Assembly (NCBI GenBank): GCA_000934665.2
Contig: KZ538162.1
Span: forward strand, 62,001-109,952
Reading direction: 5' to 3'
From: Catajapyx aquilonaris
Taxonomy: Eukaryota
DNA: 47,952 nt
The position numbers and the translations under genes are program-made. This document shows, piece after piece, positions 12,476-24,130 of the stretch. The notes beneath the pieces are model-generated. The model had not been told where the DNA came from, did not search any database, and saw only the letters and a list, made by a program, of their open reading frames with translations. Numbering within the stretch: position 1 is the first letter of the stretch; the number at the start of each line of letters is the position of its first letter.

Positions 12476-13702
12476 TGTAAAGCCCTCCTCTTCTTGGGCT
12501 CACAAAAGCGGAATCCCCCTGAGGACATGGTCCAGCCCCGGTATTTTTCTTGACGGCGATGAATGTCTGATTGATGACACTCCATTTGCTTTTGCAGGAA
12601 GCCCCTCGTCCTCCTACCCCACCCTCCACCCTCTTAAAAATAAAGAAAATAAAGTAAAAAAAAAACGAAGGAAACATTGGCGGTTACGAGGACTCTCCTA
12701 TTCCTTACTAGGCTTTTTCTACACTCCCCAACTCTTCTCATGTCTTGACTTATATGAGAGATGTGTCTGTGACGGCTCAGCGTTTTCCTCTGTCTCGCTC
12801 TGATAACTTCTCCTGGAGCTGCTGGAAACCCAAGGAAGCCAGCAGACAGCAAGGTCAATTTAATGCCACGACTAGATCTTCAAAATGAAATTAATGCCAA
12901 GACGCCATCCAGCTTTTTGGCTCTGAGGAACAAACGCTTGATTTTTGCTAGTGGTGCAAAATACAGAATGAAATCCAAGGTGGTCCAATCAGCTGTCATT
13001 TTTTTGCGATATGAAAATCGTAGTTCAAATATTATTCTGTCAGTGTGAGACCCATGAGGGGAGAGCCAGAGGAAATCAGGGCATGCAGGAGCGCCCAAAA
13101 TCAGCAGGAAAAGCAGACCCCTCCCACTTTTGGCACAACACTATACATTTGTTGGAGTGGCCAAGAGCAGCAGTACGGGGTGAGGGTGGGCACATTTGCA
13201 TGGTAAATGAAGCGTGTGTGACGATGAGGACGGAGGAGCGACTCCTAATAATGAAGCTGATGAGTCGATTTTACATAGAGCTCCGAGCAGGGAAATTGGG
13301 CGTAATATTTTCCACTCCAACTAGAGTTAATGGTTCTCATAAATAAAAGCTGCGTGGTGTGGTGATTCGGATCTCTGGCGACAGTGGTTTGACCCTAAAA
13401 ACAGAGGTCGACCCCGCGCGCGGTGACAAAATTTGCGGGGGTAGTTAAAGTTGTGAAAGGGGCGTTTCACGTGCCTTATCTGCGGTACCCAAATCCGAAA
13501 GACGAGCCAACTAATGTCGCGGAAAATTATCCTACCCCTTGGCTATCGCCTGAGAGTATGGACAGGTAAAAGGCAACGGTTAAAATTACACGGATCATTT
13601 GACAACTAGAATATCTTTGGGGGTCGTCACGGAGGCTAATGCCAACACTAGCCATTAATGTGAGCACTACCAGCCATAAAATGAGGAAATGACAACACTT
13701 AC

Positions 13703-13729
13703 ACCAGTTTCCCAGACCATGGATCTCAC
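13703..13729 (-). other. Candidate 27-nt recursive-splicing (ratchet) microexon
   Basis: Minus strand: poly-T run + catctcggcc + cag|GTGAGATCCATGGTCTGGGAAACTGGT|gtaagt. The exon itself begins with a 5' splice-site consensus (GTGAGA) and ends at GTAAGT. Length is a multiple of 3. Confidence 0.4.
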
Positions 13730-16271
13730 CTGGGCCGAGATGAAAAAAAAAAAAACTAAAGGCAATCAACTTGATCGAGTCCACTTTGCTTCGTAGTAAA
13801 AACTAATATGAGGATTTTCAAGTCGTAAAAACCGACCTGGCGTTCTTGCTCGATATACCGGTGCTAACTCATATAAACTGGGAGCAGTTGACATCCAGAT
13901 GCCATTAATTTTTTGTCGATGTCAAAATGCTGTACAATGAACCGATTTTGTTATTGTTGTCCTTCCAGCAGGCGCACGAGACCCTGTCAGTAGTTTTCTT
14001 CTGACACAATATTGGTTCACCACTCAGCATCGCACGGCATACTGATACACACTGTAAACAATACTACTGGCGATGGCGGGAAAAAAATCTAGTGAAAATA
14101 GGATTTCTCGCAAAAAAAAAATCCATAGTGCCAATTGTTTTGCAGTATATTAATGACATGAAATAGGGTACTAATTTGTGCCAGTATTAATGATTCGGAA
14201 GGTACTTAACTCGACATATATAGGCCCATCATAATTTGTCATGCTGCGAATGTAACGTTTACACCTCATGATTTCTTGTTACAATACAGTCGGTCAGTTT
14301 ATTTAGAAGAGTAATTTCGCATGTATAAGTACGTGTGTGTGGCTAGACTCTAATTGACTGTAGCTATTACTACAAGCTTCAATGTTGATCTGGTAATAGG
14401 CCTTGATGCAGGCTACAGTTTCATAATATCAAAAAAAAGGCACTGCGTGCTGTCTACACCATTTGCAATTAGTCCTAATAGGCACTGTTAGATGACACCT
14501 GCAAATTAGTACAGCCTACCATTAGCAAATGCTAAAATGAGTCACTTACAGTATATCAATGCATTATACATCGAGAGGAATGGCTATAGTGTGTGTGGCA
14601 CATAGGCCCTACTGTACGCACAGTACTTTTTATTTGAACTGTGCTCTTCTATAGCCCCTTTTAAAGGCAGGTGCAATATTGTGATGAGTTATGTAGACGC
14701 CCTATGCCATTCATATCCTCATATAAAACAGAACTTGATGTAAATTAGTTTAAAGACCCCCATAACGTACAAAATCCTGCCAAAATCTCCGAACAAGCCA
14801 GTGCGTCTCCCCAATCTCATTTCCATAGATGTCTGCAGACACAAAAACGGAAATATACAAGAGCGACTGTCATTTTAACAAATCAATAGTCTGACGAGAG
14901 CGAAATGGCGAGGGTGCAAAGGAATGCAAAGTCCGTGTGATTTTTTTTAAATGAAAAAGGAAGTCTGAGCTATATTACCGCCTGTAAAAAAAAAACTTGG
15001 AAATCAATATGTAAATCTCCGTGATTCCTGTTTATTAGAAACCGTAACACGTCCGTCGCATTTACTGCCATGTAGCACAAACAAGACTCCGGAATAAAAA
15101 GGGGGCGTAAAATACACTTCCAAGTGCTAGAATCGCTACGAAGATGCTTTACATCTTGACAGAAACCGAGTGATGTATAGCTTCCCATTTACATCCAAAA
15201 TTATGCGCACCTGTACGTTTTACGTTTCTAGACCTATCGCCCAATACATACAGTATATTCGTGCTCAGCTGCCCATCAAAACCGCTTACGTGAACCGCCA
15301 GCAACTTTGATGGTCTCACCCACTCAACTTAGAGGTTCACCCCAGCTGCTGCCTCCTCTTATATCCCATCGCTATTACCGTTACAATGAAGCTAGCAAAA
15401 GGGAAGGTTTAAGTATGTTGGGAGGTCAAGACGCTGAAAGTTGGCCAGAATGATCCATCATAGTGTCATCCACCTTTTTTTTCTCTATTTTCTTACACCA
15501 ATTTTTTTTTTCCCAACCTTTTCCTACCTCCTTATCGGTGTCTCCGACTTCCCTTAGACATCTTGAAATTGCACATTATTCTAATCAGAAACGACGACAT
15601 TAGGAGCCTTAATTGCTGAACGGTCAATTCCAGCGCGCACTTTCACGCGCCGGAGAAGGCGGAAATAATTTCACGGAAAACTGAGTTTTGGCCCCCCCGG
15701 TTTTTTGTAAAATAAAAAAAAACCTTACAAGCCCTAGAGGTAACTGAGGAAGGATTCTGCAGTTGGTCAACTTCGATATTCTGGAAGCGAAAAATGCCGG
15801 GTCGGATGAGCACGTAACACCGATCCTTGTCCGGCTGGAGGCAGCCAGACAGATTGCTTTTCGCGTCTCCTATTTCTGATCAAGCCTCCTAGTCAGTTTG
15901 ACACAACCGGAGGACAAGCACTCGACCAGCATTCGTTTTCAGAAGAAGAAAAAAAAAATCTCTAGTTTTTTTTCTAGTGGTGGTCAAGCCGAATATCTGA
16001 GTAGAGAGCAAGCTTCATCCCGGCAGGTAGGAGATAAAATTAACACCTCTAGCACAGCGCCACTTTATGACGCTTTATGAGCAATATTGGACATCGTTCC
16101 CGGGGGCCCTTGGCGGTTTCCAGCCTAAGAAGGGAAAATGCTGGCTTCCAAATAGCGGGAAAAGTTGTGCCGGACCCAACCTCCATGAAATAGAGAGTTT
16201 GTAATAACCGCGAGGAAGTTCTGAGAGCGTGATTTTTTTTTCTCATTTTCGGTCAACTCAAGGGCACTCAC

Positions 16272-16301
16272 TGTTTGCGACTCCAATCACGTGAGCCTTA
16301 C
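16272..16301 (-). other. Candidate 30-nt recursive-splicing (ratchet) microexon
   Basis: Minus strand: ctcaatattaat-gcttcttttttctgtctttc-cag|GTAAGGCTCACGTGATTGGAGTCGCAAACA|gtgagt. A strong acceptor directly abuts GTAAG, with a consensus downstream donor. Length is a multiple of 3, and only the phase-1 frame is open (KAHVIGVAN). Confidence 0.5.
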
Positions 16302-19300
16302 CTGGAAAGACAGAAAAAAGAAGCATTAATATTGAGCATGGTAATCGAAAGGCAACAAGACAATAAATCCTAGTGCGGCAACTTTACGAGCCACAAACTG
16401 CATGGTTACAGCCCAAATTGAATATCCGTGGTCGTATTGCGAATCTATCATTCTCAAAGCCAGAACCAATTTCAGGTTAAGACTAAAAATTACAGTTATT
16501 TTGCGAAATTGAAAATTTTTGCCATCACACGCAATGTTTCTTATTTATGGGTATACCTTGTACAGTATAATGGTTAGTGATGAAAAAAAAAATGGTCTGA
16601 AGCAAGAGGTATCCCCATTCCATCCCGCTATTGTGACGTGCATACTTCTCCCAAGCACTTTAGTTGTCGCGCATTGTTTCACAGTATCGCTCCTGCATTC
16701 AAGCCTGCGAGCGCAACACTGCTGGCCCGCCTTTGTTTGTGAATCCAGCAGCAGCATTTTCCCCGTCGAATCTAGTACCAGCACACTACACCTCTGAGGA
16801 TACTAATCCATATGGCTCCCACCACATTTTATTGGGCACGTCTCTTGCATTGTAGCTAAACATCACCTTCTGGACCTGCGCTAAAGCATGGTAAAAAAAA
16901 TGGCGGTCGGATGTAGGTCGCTGCCGGACACACACATCCCCCCAAAAAAGAGAGAACTGTAGAAACCAATTCCAGTGGTGACTCCAGGGAATCAGGGGGT
17001 GTATACGGTAAGAGCAAAGTGATGCCGGTTGGGAGAGCTTTGTCAAAATGGCGTGGCTCTTGGTTACGATTTTTCCCAAGGCTCGTCACCCCCGGAGGGA
17101 AGATGGCGGATGTCCCCGGATGGTGCAAAACCAGTGTACCTGCCCCTGCGCTCTGGTACATCCCTGGGGCTGTCAATCTAAAAGGTCAGCCTAGCATATG
17201 CGTCGGCTCACAAATGGCATGCTGGGGATGGAGGAAGGCACAGGAAATTGGCTCTTCCTTCCTCAGAGTCAAAAATAAAAGTGGAGGAATTTTCTTGCCG
17301 TTCAGGGATGAAATGAGGAACCAGACCAAATGCACTCGGGGAAACTAACTTTTATGCTCCAGATGGTCCAAGGTCCAAAAAAAAAAAAAAACAGAACTAA
17401 ATCAGTGTGGTATGGCCGGAGGTGGCACCGTGACCAGTTGGGATGCGGTTATAGTATTTTCCTCAACTTGTATCAATCACGGTTGGCCTCTCTCAAGAAT
17501 TCCTTTATTACAGTAGGTCACGACTTGGAAGCCACTCCATTTGCAGCACGACACGACCCACTTGATGACTCTCATGCATACGCAAGAAGGTTTCCATTAC
17601 GCCAAGAAGACACTGACGACCCTGGGCCATACCGTCTTGTAGTACCTCTCCAGTCCCATTAATCACTGCCTATTCCGCCGATTATTGGACACGCGAGCTT
17701 GGCGATGACCTCGGCCACGCTTCCGTCTGCCATATCTTTCAGGTCACAACCTAGCGGAAGCAGTGCCAAGCCAGGTTCATTAAGTAGTGTGGGGGCCTTA
17801 ATCCACGCAAAAATCCAGACGCGCCGCAACATATTATCACGAAAACTTGATGGCCGCGATTACCCATTCTCCGGCCGTCCTCTTTATTAATAAAGTTTCA
17901 AAGCGTCCATTGCTGTTCATAATCTCACGCTGTCGTAAACGAACAATGAATTACTTAACCACTGAGGGACACAAACCGGCCTCAATTTCATTACACTGCT
18001 TAGAAACAACCTATACCTTTCAAATCCTCGTAGTGTCCAAAGGACATTTCGATTTCCTGTCCAGTCCACTGTTTAGAGACTTTAGACCACCAAACTTTAA
18101 CAATCTGAATGTTTCCTATATAATCAACGGATTAACATTGGTTCTTGGGCCTATGGTGGGGGGATACCACGCCTTGGGAGCACTTTCTGACCCCCATGTG
18201 GAGAAGCCTGGACACCCCGTTGGGAAGCTGCTCATTTTCACCCTGCAGCCGATGTCATTACGGCCAGACTCTGTGTCAGACTGCTGGAGAAGAGTCAGAA
18301 GGGGGTCCACCAGTCCCTCTCGGCCTCCTAGGAATACAGCTGACAGCATCTCCCATCCATCTCTGCGGGGCTTTTCAGACCATATGTTAGCCCTATAGCA
18401 AAGCCACTAAGTATGCCGTGTGATTGACTCCAACTTGCGTTGCAGGGTGTCCACAACGTACGTGTTCAATCGCACGTAAATTAAATAAATCTGCTTTTTT
18501 TTCCTCTCTCTCTCTCTCTTGAAGATTATATCTAGGTGGCCCCTTTGGACGGATGGAATGTCAAACGGCACGACGGGAGAAGGTTACACCGTCTAAAAAA
18601 AATGGTAAAAATGGCCGTTGCCTGGTGGGAAGTCTGGCAAGTTGCGTGTCGCCATGATAATGGAAATTTATTTACCGGAATAAATTACCACTATCGAAAG
18701 CCAGCTCCACATGCTAGACTTTTGCTGCAATTCCTGTCGAAAATCTATCGCCCTGGCAATGCCTTAGGGGGGGGGGGGAGTTGGAACTACCGGGGGGGTC
18801 ATGAATGATGGCAGCTTCTTCCGCTTCCGCTTTGTAAACACGGGACCTTCGCCAGGACCCAGTTTGAAACTGGGTTCAACACACAAAAAAACCCTCCACA
18901 CTTCTACAGCTACATTACACACAACACTCGCAATTTTGACCACTTGTCCCCCTCCCACTGAGAGCCTGGCCTCAGCTATGCCATGGCCCCAATCCTAATC
19001 GAGCGCTGTACCATAGAATGGGTATGGTGATAGTGACTGTGATGCTGGTTTTTGGAGGGCAGAACACAGCAAACGACTCTGCAGCTTCAAGCTCTTCTCT
19101 TTGCGAATTCCATTCTCCAAGCTTGAAAATCAATACTGAGCTGCTTCACCCCCCCCCCCTCCCTACCATCTCTTGGAAATCAGCCTACAACGCCAACCAG
19201 CATAAAAGAGGTGGAGGAAAGGGTGAGGTGGAGATGGTGTGGAATCCTCTTCATTCAGAATTGCCTAGCTGCTTCATACAAAGTCGGAAAGAGAGGGAGG

Positions 19301-21000
19301 GGGGGGGGGATACAGGCACGTAGTATAAGATCGTCCTGCCTATTGGAGCTTAGGTTTCAGATTACTATGATGTGATACAGGGGATTTTACAAAATGTGGA
19401 ATTGTTTTCTTGGGGATGAGCTAACAATAGGTTTCAAATTGGGCTTTTTTTGTGTGAACGGCTTAGCAGGCTTGAATAACTAATAAAAAATTCAAGAGAG
19501 GATTCAGGTTTATTCAATATGGATTTTGGAATTCAATTAGGTACTGTATGCTTGAGAGATACATTTCCAGAGGGCGATTGCTTTTCATATAATTAATATT
19601 ATGTCAAATATTAATTATGCAGGAATAACATAGTCTTAATCCGGAAGTCCAGCGGAATGGCCAAATTAGCCGTTATATCTTGATTATAGCTATAAAATAG
19701 GATATGGTGCATTTTCATTGTGAAGGCAATTTTTCTCGTGTTTTATAGAGAAGACGGTATTAAATTTTTTCTACAGCCGGATACAGGCATTTTGAATAAA
19801 ATTTAACAAATGTCGAGCATGTCATCTGTCTCTTACGATTATTAAGGTTCAATTGCTTTTCACCGCCTACGAAACATTATCAGAATTAATATTATTAGTT
19901 TGAGACAGAGAATTGCTCATTTGAGGCATGCCTAAAACTTTCTGGAAACCCCACATATAGCCTATGCATACTGTAAGCTTATATAACACGCATCTATTTT
20001 TTTTCCTACTCCCACGTTTGACACTATGACATATAGCCCAAGTAGCATATGCAGTCCTGTTACAGTGAGGCTGGGTTGTTTGAAAGTTGCAACACCTGGG
20101 AATATAATTATAGTATTACTCTCTCTTTTCTGCGGTAAGGTACTATAGTCCGATATAGGACTAGAGCCAGCAGCTAGCACACACTCTACAGTATAGTCTC
20201 CACTATATACTGTTCAATTGCTTAACCAAATCATTGGACTCTGCAAGTATTTATAAACTCTGCGACTTTTATGACGCAATTCCCCAATATCTACTCCCCA
20301 CTTACTCCGTTACTCGTTATAAATATTCAAAACACGCCATTGGACAGAACGACTAGCCTCAATATTCAAACATTTTGGAGCCCATTACATAGGTCTTCTA
20401 GCATGGGTCTCCAGTGTGAAATGCGAATTGGGTAAAACCAATTTTGGCAAATAGAATTTTGATAAGTAGTCCATTACAATGCCGTAATATGCGCTTTGTT
20501 TGGTCATTTTACACACCGTATAGCTGCATACATACCCGTTACCGCCCAGTGACTAGAGCCATTAGTTGTTATTGTGTTTTCCTGATTGCACCCCCATATA
20601 TTTGCCACCACCAGCATACCGGACCCAAAAAATATCACTTCATGCCCTTCATATTTAAAGCATCAGGCAGCCGGACACACCGTCGCGTCGGACCCGGATT
20701 TACAGCAGTGGTGTCCAAGCCTTGTTTTATCACGCCCGTATATAGGCATCAAGGCAAAGGCCGGCCAGCTAAAACCCCGAGTCCGCACTAATGGAACGAC
20801 TTATTTGACCCTCTGAATCAAGCTCCAAGTGGGAAGTGCTGGAGGTTCTTGCGAATTAATTTCTCCATTTCAGCATGCAAGTTAGGAGCAACTGTATGCG
20901 CACCAGCATTATAGCACATTTGAAAGAGCACTGACGATAGAAACCCATCCTGGTGTGTGCAGGGATTGTAAAGGATTATGTCCTCCCTAATATATAGACA

Positions 21001-21018
21001 CAACAACAACAACAACAA
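21001..21018. repeat. (CAA)6 microsatellite
   Basis: Read directly from the sequence. Confidence 0.85.
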
Positions 21019-22090
21019 AAAAGTGCACGCACATCGATCCTGCTCAAGTTATACTCTACATGTCAGGGGAGACTAAAAAGAGATTATTTTGCGTCCCACA
21101 ATGAGATGTCTCTATACAGGTCATAATTGCAACCGGGGTGCAGAGCTATTCAGCCGGCCGTACTTCGTGTTCTACAGCATTACCTCATGTTGGGGGCTAT
21201 CTATCATCCCCTTTCAGAATAATCCCCTCTCCCTGTACCTAGCAATGCGAATCGCACAAGTCAATTTAGTTGACAAAAGGATCACGTCCCGTGAATGCCC
21301 GGCCTAGTGTCAGCTTTCTTTCCGACGGTTTCGCACGAAACAATGAAAAATTGTATCGGCTAATCTTGGAACATATCGAGCTTTTTGTAAGAAATGGGGT
21401 AAACACTGGGCTAATGTTTCCCCTTGAAAAAAAAACTACAAATGAAAAAAAGTGCAAATTTGATGGGTAAAAGGCTCTAGTGTTTGGGCCCAGCTCTGGG
21501 CTCCCCTCACCGATTATCCCCATCCAGGGTCATATAGAGGGGGCTTTTGGGAGGACTCGGATGGCCCGGCGCCATACATTACTCTAAATTATTACCACGG
21601 CGCTTCAACTTTTGGAATTTGTGTTGCAATGACGCTAGTGAACTCGCGCGCGCAGGAAACTTGACAGCAATCGCGATAATTATAGGGGCAAATCCGGGCC
21701 GGGGGGTGGGGGTAGGGGCTGAGGGGAATGATAATTACGGTGAGTCCAACCTGCCCACGAGGATCCGGGCTGTTGCCCCCAACGCTTACCCCACTTTTCG
21801 GTGGGGGCATCCCAAGCATCCTCTGATTGCACACTCTGCCACCACCGCCGCCGCCGTACAGTACATACACACATCCCCCTCCCACACCCAAAATCCCCCG
21901 CCCCAATTCATTTGCAACGCATGCACTCAGACTGACACGTTGATTGTTTATATTAGGCTTATTGCATTCTGTTATTCGTCATTTAGTCCGCGGTCACTTC
22001 ACCGCATCAAACATGTAAACACAGCAAGTGACTGCATGTTTTAACAACGTCATGGGGCAAAATGTCGAACATTGGTTTGGATCGCCATTT

Positions 22091-22125
<35 letters not shown>

Positions 22126-22335
22126 NNNNNNNNNNNNNNNNNNNNNNNGGGTCCAGCCTTCAGAAAACAATCGGTTTGGAGAATCCCGTCAGTTATTTGT
22201 CATCGCCTACAAGGAGCAGTGGAACGCATTAGCGGATGGTTTTATCTGGCCTGTAAATAGAAAGCAGCTCCAGGCTTTCCGGTGAACTTGTGCGCGAATG
22301 GAATACTGAACGTGGCCCGGTGGTGGGGCGTGGAA

Positions 22336-22363
22336 GAAGGAAGGAAGGAAGGAAGGAAGGAAG
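22336..22363. repeat. (GAAG)7 microsatellite
   Basis: Read directly from the sequence. Confidence 0.9.
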
Positions 22364-23239
22364 AGGTTCTTGAATGAATCCCCCCTCACATACCCCACCC
22401 ACCCAGCCGACTCCAGGCCACGGAAATCGAAATCAATTTCAGAGGAGGGGAAAAGGAATCGTGAGGTAGGATTACCCTTTCAACCATCTTCCCATGATGA
22501 ACTCGGCCAGAAGAAGGTGAAGTACAAGCCAAACATTATCCCAAGTGGCCATCCCTGCACCCGGCAGGACACCCCTGGCTTGATTCCTCGGCCGTACTCC
22601 CCGGCCGCGGCCTAGCCTGAATATATCAGTTTCTGAGAGAACCTTTTGGGGAATCCTGTCTAATTACGATTACCAGGGCAGGACAAGCAAAGCCGTAGGA
22701 AAACAATCACGTATCTTCCCTGCCTGCCGGCCTTTCGATGGCAGGAAAAATCGATTTAGGAGCGTCTATCCATGCAGAAGCAGGAGAGGATGCTACTTGA
22801 TTAAACCGCTGCTGCGGTTCAACTACCTTATCTGGCGAGAGCGCCGGTAATTAACTGTCAATTCTAATGACGAACGGGAGTAAGCAAGATGCATCAGCCT
22901 CACCAGCACGCGATTCCCAACCATCCAAATTTACGACGGCATTCAAAGCCAACGCTGGAGGCCTAACCACTGGTGTTCCGGAGTCAAGAAAACTTTTTTT
23001 AGGCGCCTACTGAAAGCAGAGCATTGTAGAGATCCTCTGGAGAACAGGACACTTTGTTACCGGTATTTTTCTCCCGCAGGCTCCGGACTCAACTAACCTA
23101 CTCGCGTACTGCATGTTGACAAGTTGCTAATGAGAGGAGGAACTTTGCGGAATTGAAGCTATTCGTCACGCATGGAAATGACTGTCCGATTAGCATCGGG
23201 TTGGTGGGAAGCCGGTCTTTAAGACACTTCTTCGGTCAA

Positions 23240-23352
23240 CATAATGATTAATGCGTCCGAGGATCCCCCCGTGAGCCTCCACTTCATCAGTCTATGTGTT
23301 TAATTAATGAGCCTTATTAATTTCATTACCTCTCCGCCAGGCTAAATAATTT
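23240..23352. promoter_or_regulatory. Dense homeodomain-site (TAAT/ATTA) cluster, candidate enhancer core
   Basis: ataatgattaatg...tttaattaatgagccttattaatttcattacc...taaataattt packs many overlapping TAAT/ATTA cores into ~110 bp of otherwise GC-balanced sequence. More cores lie in the flanks (22660, 22848, 23503, 23566, 23757). Confidence 0.4.
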
Positions 23353-24109
23353 CCCCGGCTTGACACCGCCGAGCGGCAATTCTCAAACTGCCACGACTAA
23401 CTGTTTTGGGTCTCATCAAGTCCATTCTGAGCGGCAATAACTGTTGCACTGCTAGAGTACAAGGTAGTAATTCACACAATTCCGAACCCCCACCATTGGA
23501 GCTAATGAAACATAAGCTTTCCGGACGCATTAACAAGGCGATTTGAGCCGGGCATAGTTGCAGCCTAATGCCAGGAAGCACTTGCCACAGATATGCTCCC
23601 AACTGTAAACGCGCTTTCTACAACCTGCACAGGTTCATAAAGGAATACTCGGTGCAAATCCTATTATCCCTCAGGTTAGCATCAGTACGTGCAGCAGTGA
23701 ATTGGTCGGAGGAAAAGAAGCGTTTATGGCCATGCACTAATATAACCTCCAAGGGTTTAATTAGGCGAGTGACGGCCAAGCTTAAGCTGTAATCGTGCCA
23801 CCGCAAGAGGGGGCAATGTTCGTCTCTTTACAGCCCAGTTGAAGAACAAGTTGATTCCTCCTCAACTTGTAGCAGCACCCGGGCCAATTTCCTCCGGGAC
23901 GACATGATAGCTTCCTAACCATTGTGAACGACTCCCTTCCTTGGGTCTCTCCCTCCCTCCCTACCCTTCTCCCCACCTCCAATCTTCCTTCCATCCACGC
24001 TTCTGCGCTGCCACTACTACTACACTGTTACCTACTTCCATTTCCTGCAGATACTTCAACTTGCCACTGCTGTTTATACAGTTCCCTTACTCTGGCGAAA
24101 CCTTGGGGA

Positions 24110-24130
24110 GAGGAGGAGGAGGAGGAGGAG
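24110..24130. repeat. (GAG)7 microsatellite
   Basis: Read directly from the sequence. It explains the poly-Glu and poly-Gly runs in the overlapping spurious ORFs. Confidence 0.9.

Noticed and set aside
12073..12803. Longest ORFs in the track (223 aa +, 170 aa -), and others such as 24219-24872, 37534-38124 and 17847-18398
   Set aside because: No recognisable domain. Composition is random-like and driven by homopolymer runs, and ORFs overlap on both strands. The 12.1-12.8 kb ORFs straddle a candidate promoter.
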